Shown: positions 1-10,370, numbered from the stretch's first letter. The stretch is 64,000 nt of DNA from an uncultured Mycoplasmatota bacterium (GCA_947056845.1 CAMSCJ010000010.1:4778-68777); one strand, 5' to 3'. Notes: generated by a model not told the origin, from the letters alone. Numbers and translations are program-made.

Positions 1-69
1 ATCAAAACAATAAAACTGTTATTAAGCCTATATATTCAATAAATAATAAAAAAATATATCAATGATATA

Positions 70-1032
70 TTAGAAAAATTTCTTGCCTGAATTTTTAGTT
101 TTTAATTTTATGCATTTACAATTTTCGTCAACAACTACAGTATTATTATCTATTAATAATTTACTAAAATTAATTTGTGAATAAAAATTCTTATGAAATT
201 GTATTTCAAATTTAATAGCGCTAGGTAATGGTTCAGCATTTAAATTTCTCATGTCACTTAACGATGGAATATTAACAATATAATTAGATTTTTTATTTTC
301 AATACTAAATGGACTATGATAATGACCTTGTAGGACTAAATCATTGTGTAAAGAGACCGCTGATGTCATAGCGTTATATTCATTTTGATATTTATAGCCA
401 AATTTATGCATTAAGACAATTTTTCCTTTTTTGATGTTTATTTCTCCAAATCCAAACCCAATTGGTATAATATCGTGTCTATAATTTTTTAGTGTTGTTG
501 CTAAATTTTGTGATGTTTTCTGTAGTAAACTATAGTCATGATCACCTAATACAGCATAGTTTAATATTGAATTATCAAATGGATAATTATTTAATAAAAA
601 TTCAATTTGTTGTTCGGGGTTTTTGATTATCTTATTACTATCTCCATAAGTACCATCAATTAAATCTCCACATATAAATATATTATGGATTCCTGTTTTT
701 GCACAGTAATCATATACTTTATTAATAGCGTCTAACCTTTGTTTTTCATTTCCAATATGTAAATCAGATATGGCGACAGCTGTAAAGTCATTATTATTTT
801 CAGTTATAATATCTACATAATTTGTTTGCTTAATTGGTTTAATATTACTCTTTGGTTTATAAATAATATTTCCATTATCATAGTATTTTCTGTCAAATTC
901 AAAACCTTTATTCTCTATCATGCGTAAAATATTATATATTTGTTTGTTAGATAAATTAAGAAGCTCACATATTTCATTAATGGTTAACTCTTTTTTTATT
1001 AGCTCAAATAAATGTGTTGACATATCACGCAT
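70..1032 (-). CDS. metallophosphoesterase (calcineurin-like) with N-terminal HTH domain
   Basis: ORF 70..1047. Motifs DLHIGN / GDLIDG / GDHD / GHYH occur in canonical order. N-terminal HTH-like segment LTINEICELLNLSNKQIYNILRMIENKG. Start set to ATG 1032, just downstream of GGAGGGG. Confidence 0.7.
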   Translation of the reverse strand: MRDMSTHLFELIKKELTINEICELLNLSNKQIYNILRMIENKGFEFDRKYYDNGNIIYKPKSNIKPIKQTNYVDIITENNNDFTAVAISDLHIGNEKQRLDAINKVYDYCAKTGIHNIFICGDLIDGTYGDSNKIIKNPEQQIEFLLNNYPFDNSILNYAVLGDHDYSLLQKTSQNLATTLKNYRHDIIPIGFGFGEINIKKGKIVLMHKFGYKYQNEYNAMTSAVSLHNDLVLQGHYHSPFSIENKKSNYIVNIPSLSDMRNLNAEPLPSAIKFEIQFHKNFYSQINFSKLLIDNNTVVVDENCKCIKLKTKNSGKKFF

Positions 1033-1108
1033 ATAAAACCCCTCCATAAAATATAGAGTTTATTATAATATTAAAAAATATATATGTCAATAAAAAAAGA
1101 CAGAATAA

Positions 1109-2404
1109 TTAATTTATTCTGCCACAAATAGGACAAATCCTTTCATCATCACCTAATTCAGTACTACAAAATTGACAAGTTCGTCCAAGTGTCATTGGAA
1201 TATTACGTTTTGTTAACTTTTTAAGAGAGTCTTCCTCTTTTTTTTCTTTTTTCTTAGGTATATTTTTTTCATTAATTTTTATGTCGCTTGGATTTATTGC
1301 CATAAATTCTGGTTTTGGTTTATCTTCAGCTTGAATATTATTTATCATAATATTTTCATTAGTTAAAGATAAATCAGGAATTTCATTATCTAAATTTTCA
1401 TTCCCTACTTCACTATCATTCATTTCATTAATGTCAGTTGTTATAGCATCTTTATCATCATTGCTCTTTGTAGTATCTATATTTATACTGTTATCTTCTA
1501 TAATTTCTTCAAAGAAATCCTCATCATCTTTATATTCATACTCTTCTATTTCTTCCAATAATTCATCGTTTTCATCAAGTATACTAATTTTGTTATTATC
1601 GAAATCAATACTATCACTATAATTTTTATCTTCATCTTGTTCTAATTTAGAATCATTATCGGGATTGTTATTTTCGATATAATCGGTTGTGTCAACATTC
1701 TCGTCAACCTTTTCATTATTAATAGTCATACTATTAATATCTTCACTATCAGTATTCTCATTGGGAATAATCTCTTCATCATCTTTATTACTAACTTCAT
1801 TATTTTCGTGCTTATTAGCTATTTCTTTGTCAATTGATTCTAAATTATTTTCAATTTTATCATTTTGATTAATATTACTTTTGTTTAAAATGTCAGAAAT
1901 TGGTATTTGCTCTTCATAATCAAGCGAAACTTCCTCTTCAATAATATTTTGTGGCTCATTAACTTCAAAACCTATATCCGTAGACATTTCATAATTAATA
2001 GTGTCACTTTCTTCATTTTTATTATTTTTATTTGTTGTAAGTAAGCCACCTATTATATTAATAATTAAACCAATTGGATATAAAATAAATGCAATTCCAT
2101 AGCCAAAATCATCATGTGTTTTTATCAAATTTAATCCATCAATATTTAATATTTTATATATGCCATAGATAATTATTATTAAGTTTAATATAGTTGGAAT
2201 TAGCGATATTTTATATTTCTTTATTGTCACTAATACTAAATTAATCGTTGATAAAATTATAATGGCGAATGATAGATAAAAAAATTCATCAATAAACGCA
2301 AATGATTGATTATTAAATTTAATAATTGGTACAACTGTTGCTACAATCAATAATAAGCTTCCTATATAACTTAAAATAAATAATTTGTTTCTTACCTTTT
2401 TCAT
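1109..2404 (-). CDS. membrane protein with hyper-acidic D/E/N-rich region and C-terminal zinc ribbon
   Basis: ORF 1109..2422. About 4 N-terminal TM helices, a ~250 aa acidic low-complexity region, and C-terminal CQFC-x11-CPIC. ATG 2404 preferred over the upstream TTG. Confidence 0.55.
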   Translation of the reverse strand: MKKVRNKLFILSYIGSLLLIVATVVPIIKFNNQSFAFIDEFFYLSFAIIILSTINLVLVTIKKYKISLIPTILNLIIIIYGIYKILNIDGLNLIKTHDDFGYGIAFILYPIGLIINIIGGLLTTNKNNKNEESDTINYEMSTDIGFEVNEPQNIIEEEVSLDYEEQIPISDILNKSNINQNDKIENNLESIDKEIANKHENNEVSNKDDEEIIPNENTDSEDINSMTINNEKVDENVDTTDYIENNNPDNDSKLEQDEDKNYSDSIDFDNNKISILDENDELLEEIEEYEYKDDEDFFEEIIEDNSINIDTTKSNDDKDAITTDINEMNDSEVGNENLDNEIPDLSLTNENIMINNIQAEDKPKPEFMAINPSDIKINEKNIPKKKEKKEEDSLKKLTKRNIPMTLGRTCQFCSTELGDDERICPICGRIN

Positions 2405-2526
2405 ATTAGTCAACCCTTTCAATATAAGTATATCATAATTTATGGAACTTTAATAATGTTTTTTTAAGCAATTTGCAAAAAATGAAAAAGGATTTATACA
2501 GATTAATGTATAAACCCTTATCTAAA

Positions 2527-2964
2527 CTATAAACATTCTACAAAAGTATCTTGTAAACATCTTAAATTACAAACACAATTAAGATTTGTTGTAAAGAAAG
2601 AATTAGTTGCTACATATGGAATAGTTGCTACTTGAGTTGTATCTGGATTTGGTGCTAGGACTCTAAAAGTTGCACAACAGCCATCAATTTTCTCTACTCT
2701 AAATACAGGAGATGTTGTTGTACCAAAAACATCTTCTTTAGAAGTTGGCATAGCTAGTGGTGTACCAGCATTAGCGCAACATGTATAAAGCATTATAGGT
2801 CTTGTGTTACAACCAAGAGTTGTTGTTGAACATCCTAGAAATCCACGATCACAAGTATCTAAACAAGCGTCAGAACAACAACTAGCATTTTGTTGTAAAA
2901 TAGATATAACAGTTAAAATTTCGGCAATGCATTGGCAATTATTATTTTCATTATTATTACACAT
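2527..2964 (-). CDS. CotY/CotZ/ExsY-family cysteine-rich spore coat/exosporium protein
   Basis: ORF 2527..2973 with about 20 Cys. VFRVEKIDGCCATFRVL and NLNCVCNLRCLQD resemble the FFRVE..CCATL and DL.CFCAI.CL blocks I recall from B. subtilis CotY/CotZ. ATG 2964 follows AAGGGGTG. Confidence 0.65.
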   Translation of the reverse strand: MCNNNENNNCQCIAEILTVISILQQNASCCSDACLDTCDRGFLGCSTTTLGCNTRPIMLYTCCANAGTPLAMPTSKEDVFGTTTSPVFRVEKIDGCCATFRVLAPNPDTTQVATIPYVATNSFFTTNLNCVCNLRCLQDTFVECL

Positions 2965-3107
2965 ATAATCCACCCCTTCATATTATTTTCAATATAACAT
3001 ATTCAAAAAATATAAATTAGTGTAAACTATTACCTATAAATATTTAATAATAAATGATATCAGTTACCTAAAATAGATATTTACATATAATAAAGCGAGG
3101 TGAAATA

Positions 3108-3554
3108 ATGTATAGTATATATCAAGTTCAAGTTGGTGATACGTTAGATACTATCGCACAAAAAATAGGAACAACGAAACAGATTCTTTTGACTATAAAT
3201 GGATTAACTGATACAAATTTAACCCCTGGTAATTATATTGTTATACCTATGAACGTTAATTTGCCATTTTCAACATATACAGTAAAAAAAGGTGATAATA
3301 TTTATGAAATTGCCCGTCGTTATGGGGTTGATTATGAAACATTATTAGAAATAAATGGTTTAAATGCAGATGATTATATTTATCCAGAACAGGAAATAAT
3401 CGTTCCGAATCAAAATTTTAATGTCTATGTTACTCGTGAGAATGATTCATTAGCAACAGTTTCGGCTAAATTAGGAGCTAATCAGGGGGAAATAATTAGG
3501 GATAATGCTACTATCTATTTGTTACCAGAACAGTTAATTTTGTATCATAAGTAA
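3108..3554 (+). CDS. LysM-repeat protein (three LysM domains)
   Basis: Three repeats of Y.V..GD.L..IA...G type: YQVQVGDTLDTIAQKIG, YTVKKGDNIYEIARRYG, YVTRENDSLATVSAKLG. RBS GAGGTGA. Confidence 0.8.
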   Translation: MYSIYQVQVGDTLDTIAQKIGTTKQILLTINGLTDTNLTPGNYIVIPMNVNLPFSTYTVKKGDNIYEIARRYGVDYETLLEINGLNADDYIYPEQEIIVPNQNFNVYVTRENDSLATVSAKLGANQGEIIRDNATIYLLPEQLILYHK

Positions 3555-3560
3555 AACTTA

Positions 3561-3588
3561 AAAAGAGAAAAACTCTTTTTTTTTATTA
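3561..3588 (+). terminator. weak rho-independent terminator after the LysM gene
   Basis: aaaagag-aaaaa-ctctttt followed by a T-run. The stem is AT-rich. Confidence 0.45.
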
Positions 3589-3632
3589 AATTATATTATA
3601 TAATATTATTATAATTAGATGGGAAGTGAAGA

Positions 3633-4046
3633 ATGAAAAAGATATTTTTATTTATTATAACATTATTATTTCTTTTCACAGGATGTGGAAAAAAATTAAC
3701 TACATATGAAGAGTTGGAATATGATGAATTTATAGAGAAAATTGAAAATAAGGATAGCTTTGTGCTTTTTATTGGATCAGCTACTTGTCAACATTGTGAT
3801 GTATTTAAGGAAACAATCAAAAGTGTTATAAAAAATTATCAAATAAAGGTATACTATATTGATATACATAAATTTAGTGAGCAACAATCAAATAAATTTA
3901 AAACTTATATTAATTTTAGTGCTACACCAACAACTGTCTTTATATACGATGGCGATGAAAAAACAACATATAACCGTATAAATGGTAATTTAAGTTATGA
4001 TAAGGTTGTCTCTAAATTAACTAAGGCTGGGTTTATAGAAGAATAG
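3633..4046 (+). CDS. thioredoxin-like lipoprotein (CxxC)
   Basis: Lipobox LFTGC after a signal peptide. Active-site-like SATCQHCDVF in a thioredoxin-fold context. Confidence 0.7.
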   Translation: MKKIFLFIITLLFLFTGCGKKLTTYEELEYDEFIEKIENKDSFVLFIGSATCQHCDVFKETIKSVIKNYQIKVYYIDIHKFSEQQSNKFKTYINFSATPTTVFIYDGDEKTTYNRINGNLSYDKVVSKLTKAGFIEE

Positions 4047-4055
4047 GGGATAAAA

Positions 4056-5087
4056 ATGAAAGAAAATGATATAGAATTTTTAGATGAACTAGCTAGTGAT
4101 ACTGAAGAAGAACAATCAACTTTTGATATTACAGGAATAAAATTTAGTGTTTTAGATAATTATGGGGAGGATTTGACTGCAAAAAACTATATAACAAATC
4201 CTGCTATAGCGAGAGAAAGTGAACTAAAGAAATTAATGATTGTCCTACTGACTCCAGAAAAATCGGGTTTATTAATTGGTAAAGCTGGTATTGGTAAAAC
4301 GGCAATTGTTGAAGGCCTTGCTTATTTGATTCAAAGAAAACAAGTTCCTGACGCTTTATTGGGATATCGTGTCATTAAATTTAATTCAACCTCCTTGGTT
4401 GGAAAAGTTACAATCGATGGTGAAGAGCGCTTGGTTATGGGCCTTTTAGTTGATGAGTTAAAGGTTACTGGTAAGACAATTGTCTTTATCGATGAAATTC
4501 ATACCTTAATAGGTGGAAAAGGAACTGGGCCTATGGATTTAGCTAATATGTTAAAGCCAGGTCTTGATCGTGGTACTATAAAGGCTATAGGTGCAACAAC
4601 AACCATTGAATATGATACATATGTTATCCGTGACCGAGCTTTTTTAAGACGTTTTGATCGAATTGATGTTTTAGAACCAGATGAACCAACAACTGTTAAA
4701 ATTTTAATGGGGACATTACCCAAAATTGAAAAACAAACAGGTGTTAAATTTAAATATAATGATTATGTGGCTGAAAAATTGATTACGTCAATTGTAAGTG
4801 CAACATCTGAATTTAAAAGAATATATGGACTTGCGGCTATGTATCCTGATGTCTCATTATCAGTTTTGACCCAAGCATTTTCTCACGCTTTATATAATAA
4901 CAATCCTGTTGTAACAGTTTTAGATGTATATAATGCTATAAAAACAAGTAAAAGAATTTATCCAGATAGTATCGTAAAGGAACTATCATTATTTCGAGAT
5001 AAATTTAAAAAACTGTGTGAAGAAGAAGGTATTACATTACCAGTTGTTACTAAAGAAGAAATTGAAAGCATGCAAGAGGATTATTAG
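4056..5087 (+). CDS. AAA+ ATPase resembling a stand-alone Clp/Hsp100 first nucleotide-binding domain
   Basis: Walker A GKAGIGKTAIVEGLA, Walker B IVFIDEIHTLIG, GATT sensor and FLRRF arginine-finger block as in ClpA/B/C NBD1. No N-domain and no second NBD in its 343 aa. Confidence 0.7.
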   Translation: MKENDIEFLDELASDTEEEQSTFDITGIKFSVLDNYGEDLTAKNYITNPAIARESELKKLMIVLLTPEKSGLLIGKAGIGKTAIVEGLAYLIQRKQVPDALLGYRVIKFNSTSLVGKVTIDGEERLVMGLLVDELKVTGKTIVFIDEIHTLIGGKGTGPMDLANMLKPGLDRGTIKAIGATTTIEYDTYVIRDRAFLRRFDRIDVLEPDEPTTVKILMGTLPKIEKQTGVKFKYNDYVAEKLITSIVSATSEFKRIYGLAAMYPDVSLSVLTQAFSHALYNNNPVVTVLDVYNAIKTSKRIYPDSIVKELSLFRDKFKKLCEEEGITLPVVTKEEIESMQEDY

Positions 5088-5160
5088 TAATTAATTAAAT
5101 ATATTTGAAAATTAACTTGCAAAAAGATTACTCAGTTGATATAATTATATTGGTGATTTA

Positions 5161-5511
5161 ATGAGCGAAGATCGAGAGCAAGCCATTCAGTTAATTAAAG
5201 ATAAATTATGTAATAAAAGTTTACTGTCTTATGTTGATATAGCAAGACTTACTAATTATCATCCTAAATATATTTTAAAATTAAAAAAGGATATTATAAA
5301 TAATAATATAAATTATATTCATGGAAATAAAAATAAAAAGCCTGCTAATACTATCCCTATATTAGAAGAACAAAAAATTGTTAATTTATATAAACGTAGT
5401 AATGCAAGTATTAGAAGATTTTGTAAGTTTTATGGTAAGAGAAGTTATTCTTGTATATACAATGTTTTAAAAAGAAATGGACTATTAGATGATGAAAAGA
5501 AACCTTTATAA
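5161..5511 (+). CDS. small HTH-domain protein (transposase-N-terminus-like)
   Basis: Two HTH-like segments: LSYVDIARLTNYHPKYILKL and SIRRFCKFYGKRSYSCIYNVLKRNG. No catalytic domain follows. Confidence 0.4.
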   Translation: MSEDREQAIQLIKDKLCNKSLLSYVDIARLTNYHPKYILKLKKDIINNNINYIHGNKNKKPANTIPILEEQKIVNLYKRSNASIRRFCKFYGKRSYSCIYNVLKRNGLLDDEKKPL

Positions 5512-5585
5512 TAGGTTTTTTTTGTCGACTAAAAAAAATTCTATAAATATATTTATCTTTATATAGTTATATGGGAGGAATAACT

Positions 5586-8216
5586 ATGGAAAGAAATATA
5601 GAAGGATTAACGGAAGAACAAGTATTAGAAAATAGAAAAAAATATGGTAGTAATAGAATCACTACGTTAAAAAAAGAAACTTTTTTTAGCTTATTTATGG
5701 AATCTTTTAGTGACCCTATGATTAGGATTCTTTTAATCGCACTAGGAATTAAAACAATTTTTTTAATCAAAGACTTTGATTGGTATGAAACAGTGGGAAT
5801 AGTTATTGCTATATTTATTGCCTCTTTTATTTCCTCTATATCAGAATATGGTAGTCAAAAAGCTTTTGATAGACTACAAGCTGAGGCTTCAAAGATAAAA
5901 TGTAAGGTAAAAAGGAATGGTAAAATAAAAGAATTAGATGTTGATGATGTAGTAAAAGATGATATCGTTATTTTACAATCAGGTGATAGGATTCCATCAG
6001 ATGGTATTATTATTAAAGGAAATATTAGTGTTGATGAGTCATCCCTTAATGGTGAGGCAAAGGAACAATACAAATATCCTATAAATACCATGAATGTAAA
6101 ACCTGAGAAAACCAACATGGTTTATCGTGGAACAGTAGTTTATAATGGTGAGGCCACTATGATAACCACTAATGTTGGAGATAAAACTTTTTATGGAACA
6201 ATTGCTAAAGAGTTACAAGAAAAACAACCGGAAAGTCCAATGAAGATACGTCTTAGAAATTTGGCCAAAATTATTAGTAAAATAGGTTATGTATGTGCAT
6301 TCTTGGTTGCGTTTTCCTATCTTTTTTCAGTCATTATTATTCATAATAACTTTAATTTAGATGCGATTAAACATACTATTACTAATTTTCCATTAATGTC
6401 TGGATATATTTTATATGCCCTAACTTTAATGGTAACAGTGATTGTTGTTGCTGTTCCTGAAGGTTTACCTATGATGATTACATTAGTCCTATCATCTAAC
6501 ATGAAGAGAATGTTAAAGGATAATGTTTTGGTTAGAAAATTAGTTGGAATAGAAACAGCAGGGAGTTTAAATATTTTATTCTCTGATAAAACGGGAACCT
6601 TAACTAAAGGCAAATTGGAAGTGGTTGGAATTTTAAGTGGGACAGGAAAGATGTATTACAATAAAATAGAATTAGAAAAAAAACCTGAATATTATGAATT
6701 AGTTAGAATCTCACTTCTTTATAATAATGCTAGTTCTTATGATGAAACGACTAGAAAGATTGTTGGCGGTAATATTACGGATCGTGCGTTATTAGAGTTT
6801 ATTAATGATAATAGAGAAAAAAACTTAAAAATATTATCTAATATACCTTTTGATAGCAAAAATAAATATTCTATTACTGTTATTGATAATAAAGGTAAAA
6901 TGAATTTAATTAAAGGAGCCCCGGAAAAAATTTTACCTTATTGTCGTTTTTATTATACTGAAACTGGCGAAAGAAAAATGCTTTTTGATAAAAACAAGTT
7001 AACAGTTAATATACAGAATATCACCAAAAGAGGAATTAGAGTGTTAACTATTGCAACTTCCAATTCCAATGAGCCATCAAAATTTTCAGATCTGACATTA
7101 GTAGGATTTATTTACATTAAAGATGAAGTCAGAAAAGAGGCAATTGAAGGTGTAAAACTTGTTAAAGAGGCACATATACAGACTGTTATGATAACAGGTG
7201 ATAACAAAGATACAGCCTATGCGATTGGAGAAGAAGTTGGATTAATTGATAAAAATTCAGTCATTTTAACCTCAAATGAATTAAATGAAAAAACAGATGA
7301 AGAATTAAAACAAATTTTACCTAAATTACGAATTGTAGCTAGAGCTTTACCACAAGATAAAAGTAGGCTAGTTAGAATTTCTCAAGAACTTGGTTTAGTT
7401 GTTGGAATGACAGGCGATGGAGTAAACGATGCTCCAGCTTTAAAAAAAGCTGATGTAGGCTTTGCCATGGGAAGTGGTACGGAAGTAGCTAAGGAAGCTA
7501 GCGATATAGTAATTTTAGATGATAATTTTAAATCTATTACGAAAGCTATTTTATTTGGTAGGACAATATTTAAAAGCATTAGAAAATTTATTATTTTTCA
7601 ACTTACAGTTAATTTATGTGCTGTATCATTATCAATAATTGGACCATTTATTGGTGTTGATACTCCTGTGACCGTTATTCAAATGTTATGGATTAATATG
7701 GTTATGGATACATTAGCCGGTCTAGCATTTTCTTTTGAACCACCGCTATTAGAATATATGACGGAGGTGCCAAAAAGAAAAGATGAACCAATAATTAATA
7801 AATATATGGCAGGAGAAATATTGTTTACAGGTTTATATTCATCTATTTTGTGTGTTATATTTTTAAAATTGCCTTTTATAAAGAATTTCTTTAGAATGGA
7901 TAATAATAATTTATATTTAATGACTGCTTTTTTTGGTTTATTCATTTTTATGACAATCTTTAATAGTTTTAATGCTAGAACCAATCGATTAAATTTACTA
8001 GCTAACATTTTAAAGAATAAAATCTTTCTTTTAATTATTTTATTTATTTTAGTTGTTCAAATCATTTTAATCTATTATGGTGGCAATTTGTTTAGAACTG
8101 CGGGTTTAACATATACAGAATTCTTGATGATGATTTTATTATCGGCTACTGTTATTCCAGTTGATTGGTTACGTAAATGTTACCTTAGAAGGCAAGGAAA
8201 TATTGGTGGAGTTTAG
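5586..8216 (+). CDS. P-type cation-transporting ATPase, Ca2+ (PMCA/YloB-like)
   Basis: DKTGTLT phosphorylation motif, TGDN, GDGVNDAPALKKADVG, PEGLP in TM4, about 10 TM helices. ATG 5586 lies 6 nt after GGGAGGA. Confidence 0.9.
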   Translation: MERNIEGLTEEQVLENRKKYGSNRITTLKKETFFSLFMESFSDPMIRILLIALGIKTIFLIKDFDWYETVGIVIAIFIASFISSISEYGSQKAFDRLQAEASKIKCKVKRNGKIKELDVDDVVKDDIVILQSGDRIPSDGIIIKGNISVDESSLNGEAKEQYKYPINTMNVKPEKTNMVYRGTVVYNGEATMITTNVGDKTFYGTIAKELQEKQPESPMKIRLRNLAKIISKIGYVCAFLVAFSYLFSVIIIHNNFNLDAIKHTITNFPLMSGYILYALTLMVTVIVVAVPEGLPMMITLVLSSNMKRMLKDNVLVRKLVGIETAGSLNILFSDKTGTLTKGKLEVVGILSGTGKMYYNKIELEKKPEYYELVRISLLYNNASSYDETTRKIVGGNITDRALLEFINDNREKNLKILSNIPFDSKNKYSITVIDNKGKMNLIKGAPEKILPYCRFYYTETGERKMLFDKNKLTVNIQNITKRGIRVLTIATSNSNEPSKFSDLTLVGFIYIKDEVRKEAIEGVKLVKEAHIQTVMITGDNKDTAYAIGEEVGLIDKNSVILTSNELNEKTDEELKQILPKLRIVARALPQDKSRLVRISQELGLVVGMTGDGVNDAPALKKADVGFAMGSGTEVAKEASDIVILDDNFKSITKAILFGRTIFKSIRKFIIFQLTVNLCAVSLSIIGPFIGVDTPVTVIQMLWINMVMDTLAGLAFSFEPPLLEYMTEVPKRKDEPIINKYMAGEILFTGLYSSILCVIFLKLPFIKNFFRMDNNNLYLMTAFFGLFIFMTIFNSFNARTNRLNLLANILKNKIFLLIILFILVVQIILIYYGGNLFRTAGLTYTEFLMMILLSATVIPVDWLRKCYLRRQGNIGGV

Positions 8217-8224
8217 GGTAAAAT

Positions 8225-8250
8225 GCACGAAATGCATTTTTTCGTGCTTG
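8225..8250 (+). terminator. hairpin after the ATPase gene
   Basis: gcacgaaa (8225-8232) pairs with tttcgtgc (8240-8247). Only a short T tail follows. Confidence 0.45.
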
Positions 8251-8258
8251 AAAATCGA

Positions 8259-8287
8259 TTGCAAAAATTGTCAAAATATGGTAATAT
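8259..8287 (+). promoter_or_regulatory. sigma-A-type promoter candidate for agrA-agrC
   Basis: TTGCAA - 17 nt - TAATAT, about 60 nt upstream of ATG 8347. Confidence 0.4.
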
Positions 8288-8346
8288 TTACTAGTATAGG
8301 CCTAGGTTTGCTGGATGCAATTTTTTTATTTAATAGGAGTGATTAT

Positions 8347-9048
8347 ATGATTAATTTTATTGTTTGTGATGATAACAAAAATTTACTAGAAGATGTAGTA
8401 GAGCTTATTAACAAGTTAATGATGAAAAATCGACATGAATATAAGGTTCATGCCTTTACAGATTATAATGAAAAATTCATGAATATAATGAATGAAAAGC
8501 TATCATGTAAAATATATATATTAGATGTTGAGGTACCTAGCCAATCTGGCATTGATATTGCTAGGCAAATAAGGGATAAAGATGTCGATAGTGCTATAAT
8601 TTTCTTAACATTGCATAATGAGGTAGGACCAGTATTATTAAAAGAAGAAATTATGTTTTTGACGTTTATTTGTAAATTTGATAATGCTAATAGGAGATTA
8701 CAGTCAGCTATTAGCAAAGCTTTAGAACTTGTTGGCAAAAAGTTATCTGTTAGATTTGAAGATCAAGGTGCTATTTATACATTACCAGTAAAAGATATTA
8801 TTTATATTTTAACTGATACGATGGAAAGAAAAATTGTTATTAAAACAGATTATGCGCAATTTAGAGTATCTAAAACGCTTGTAGAAATGGAAAAACTATT
8901 ACCACATCAATTCAAACATTCACATAGAGCATGTATTGTTAATGTCGACCGAATTAGAATGATTGATAAAAAAAATAACACCATTATTTTTGATAATGAT
9001 GATATGGTTGATTTATTATCGAAAAGTTGTAGAAAGGAATTGGTGTAA
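8347..9048 (+). CDS. agrA: LytTR-family response regulator (AgrA-like)
   Basis: Receiver domain (FIVCDDN..., ILDVEVP) plus C-terminal LytTR-type DNA-binding domain (...FKHSHRACIVNVDRI). ATG 8347 follows AGGAG. The upstream part of ORF 8161..9048 overlaps the ATPase gene and its terminator. Confidence 0.85.
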   Translation: MINFIVCDDNKNLLEDVVELINKLMMKNRHEYKVHAFTDYNEKFMNIMNEKLSCKIYILDVEVPSQSGIDIARQIRDKDVDSAIIFLTLHNEVGPVLLKEEIMFLTFICKFDNANRRLQSAISKALELVGKKLSVRFEDQGAIYTLPVKDIIYILTDTMERKIVIKTDYAQFRVSKTLVEMEKLLPHQFKHSHRACIVNVDRIRMIDKKNNTIIFDNDDMVDLLSKSCRKELV

Positions 9049-10344
9049 GTGAAAATATTATTTGATTTTTTAGGTGCACTAATTTTATCTATATCAACCA
9101 CTTATGCTATTGGTAAAATAATGGATTTTTCTATTAAAAAAGTAGGTATTGTTAGATATATAATTGCGATATTAACACTATCAGTTTATTTAATTATCAG
9201 TTATCATAGTACTATGATTTTTTTAAGATACCTAATGTTCATTTTTGTAATACCACTAATTCTTATATCTATTATGAAAAGACAATTTAAAGAATCTTTT
9301 GTGACTAGCTTTTTGGCCTTTATTTTGATAGCCATATCTGAATTATTATTTGCTATATTTATATCATTTATACTAAAAACGGATATCGAAAACTTTTATG
9401 GAGTTTTGATTGGAAATATTGGCGTAGCTATAATTTTACTTATTTTAATAAAAATACCTAAATTATTGGATTTATTAAAAAGTTGGCTTGAAAAAATATC
9501 GACTTCTAAAAGGTATTATTTAATTGCTTTAATTGTTACTCTATGCTTTTCTATTAGTATAGTTGTATATATAAATTATTTTGATACAACTACTAGATTA
9601 AGATTTATTCTAAGTCTTATTGTAATTATAACTTATACAGTAATAACACTATTTTTATTTAATGAGAAGAATAATAGTAGCAAAATTCAGTATGAGTATG
9701 AGAATGCCTTAAATAACTTAAATGAATATGAAAAAATGCTTGATTTTCAGAAAGTCGCTAATCATGAAAATAAAAATCAACTATTAGTAATTAAAGGAAT
9801 GATAGATAAAAAAGATTCAAAAGTTAATGAATATATTGATAGTATAGTATTAGAAAAAAGTGAGGATAATGAAGATTTTTTATATCGCACTAATATTATT
9901 CCATCTGGCGGATTGCGAGGATTAGTTTATTACAAATTATTATCAATGAGAGAAAGAGGTATTAATATTAATTTAGATATTTCTAGCAAAGTACGAAAAA
10001 TAGAATTAGAAAAAATGGGAGTAGGATTAAATAAAGATTTATGTAAAATTATGGGCGTCATATTAGATAATGCTAAGAAAGCTGTAGAAGACTTAGAACA
10101 AAAAAATATCGATATAGCAATGAATTATATCGATAATGAGTTCGTTATAATAGTAGCAAATAATTTTGAAGGCGACTTAGATTTAAATGAAATGGATAAT
10201 ATTGGCTATACAACTAAAGGCAGTGGTCATGGATATGGCTTAGCTCTAATGAAACAGTTAATTGATAAAAATAGTCGTTTATATAACAAAAAAAATATAT
10301 ATGGACAGAAGTTTGTTCAAAAAGTAATATTGGATTTAAAATAA
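9049..10344 (+). CDS. agrC: AgrC-like (HPK10) sensor histidine kinase
   Basis: About 6 N-terminal TM helices. C-terminal GHKL ATPase with NAKKA (N-box) and GSGHGYGLAL (G-box). GTG start abuts the agrA stop. Confidence 0.8.
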   Translation: MKILFDFLGALILSISTTYAIGKIMDFSIKKVGIVRYIIAILTLSVYLIISYHSTMIFLRYLMFIFVIPLILISIMKRQFKESFVTSFLAFILIAISELLFAIFISFILKTDIENFYGVLIGNIGVAIILLILIKIPKLLDLLKSWLEKISTSKRYYLIALIVTLCFSISIVVYINYFDTTTRLRFILSLIVIITYTVITLFLFNEKNNSSKIQYEYENALNNLNEYEKMLDFQKVANHENKNQLLVIKGMIDKKDSKVNEYIDSIVLEKSEDNEDFLYRTNIIPSGGLRGLVYYKLLSMRERGININLDISSKVRKIELEKMGVGLNKDLCKIMGVILDNAKKAVEDLEQKNIDIAMNYIDNEFVIIVANNFEGDLDLNEMDNIGYTTKGSGHGYGLALMKQLIDKNSRLYNKKNIYGQKFVQKVILDLK

Positions 10345-10370
10345 AAAAACTGCAAAAATGCAGTTTTTTT
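10343..10370. terminator. bidirectional terminator shared by agrC and agrD
   Basis: A7-actgca-aaaa-tgcagt-T7. It overlaps the agrD stop codon (10369-10371). Confidence 0.75.
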
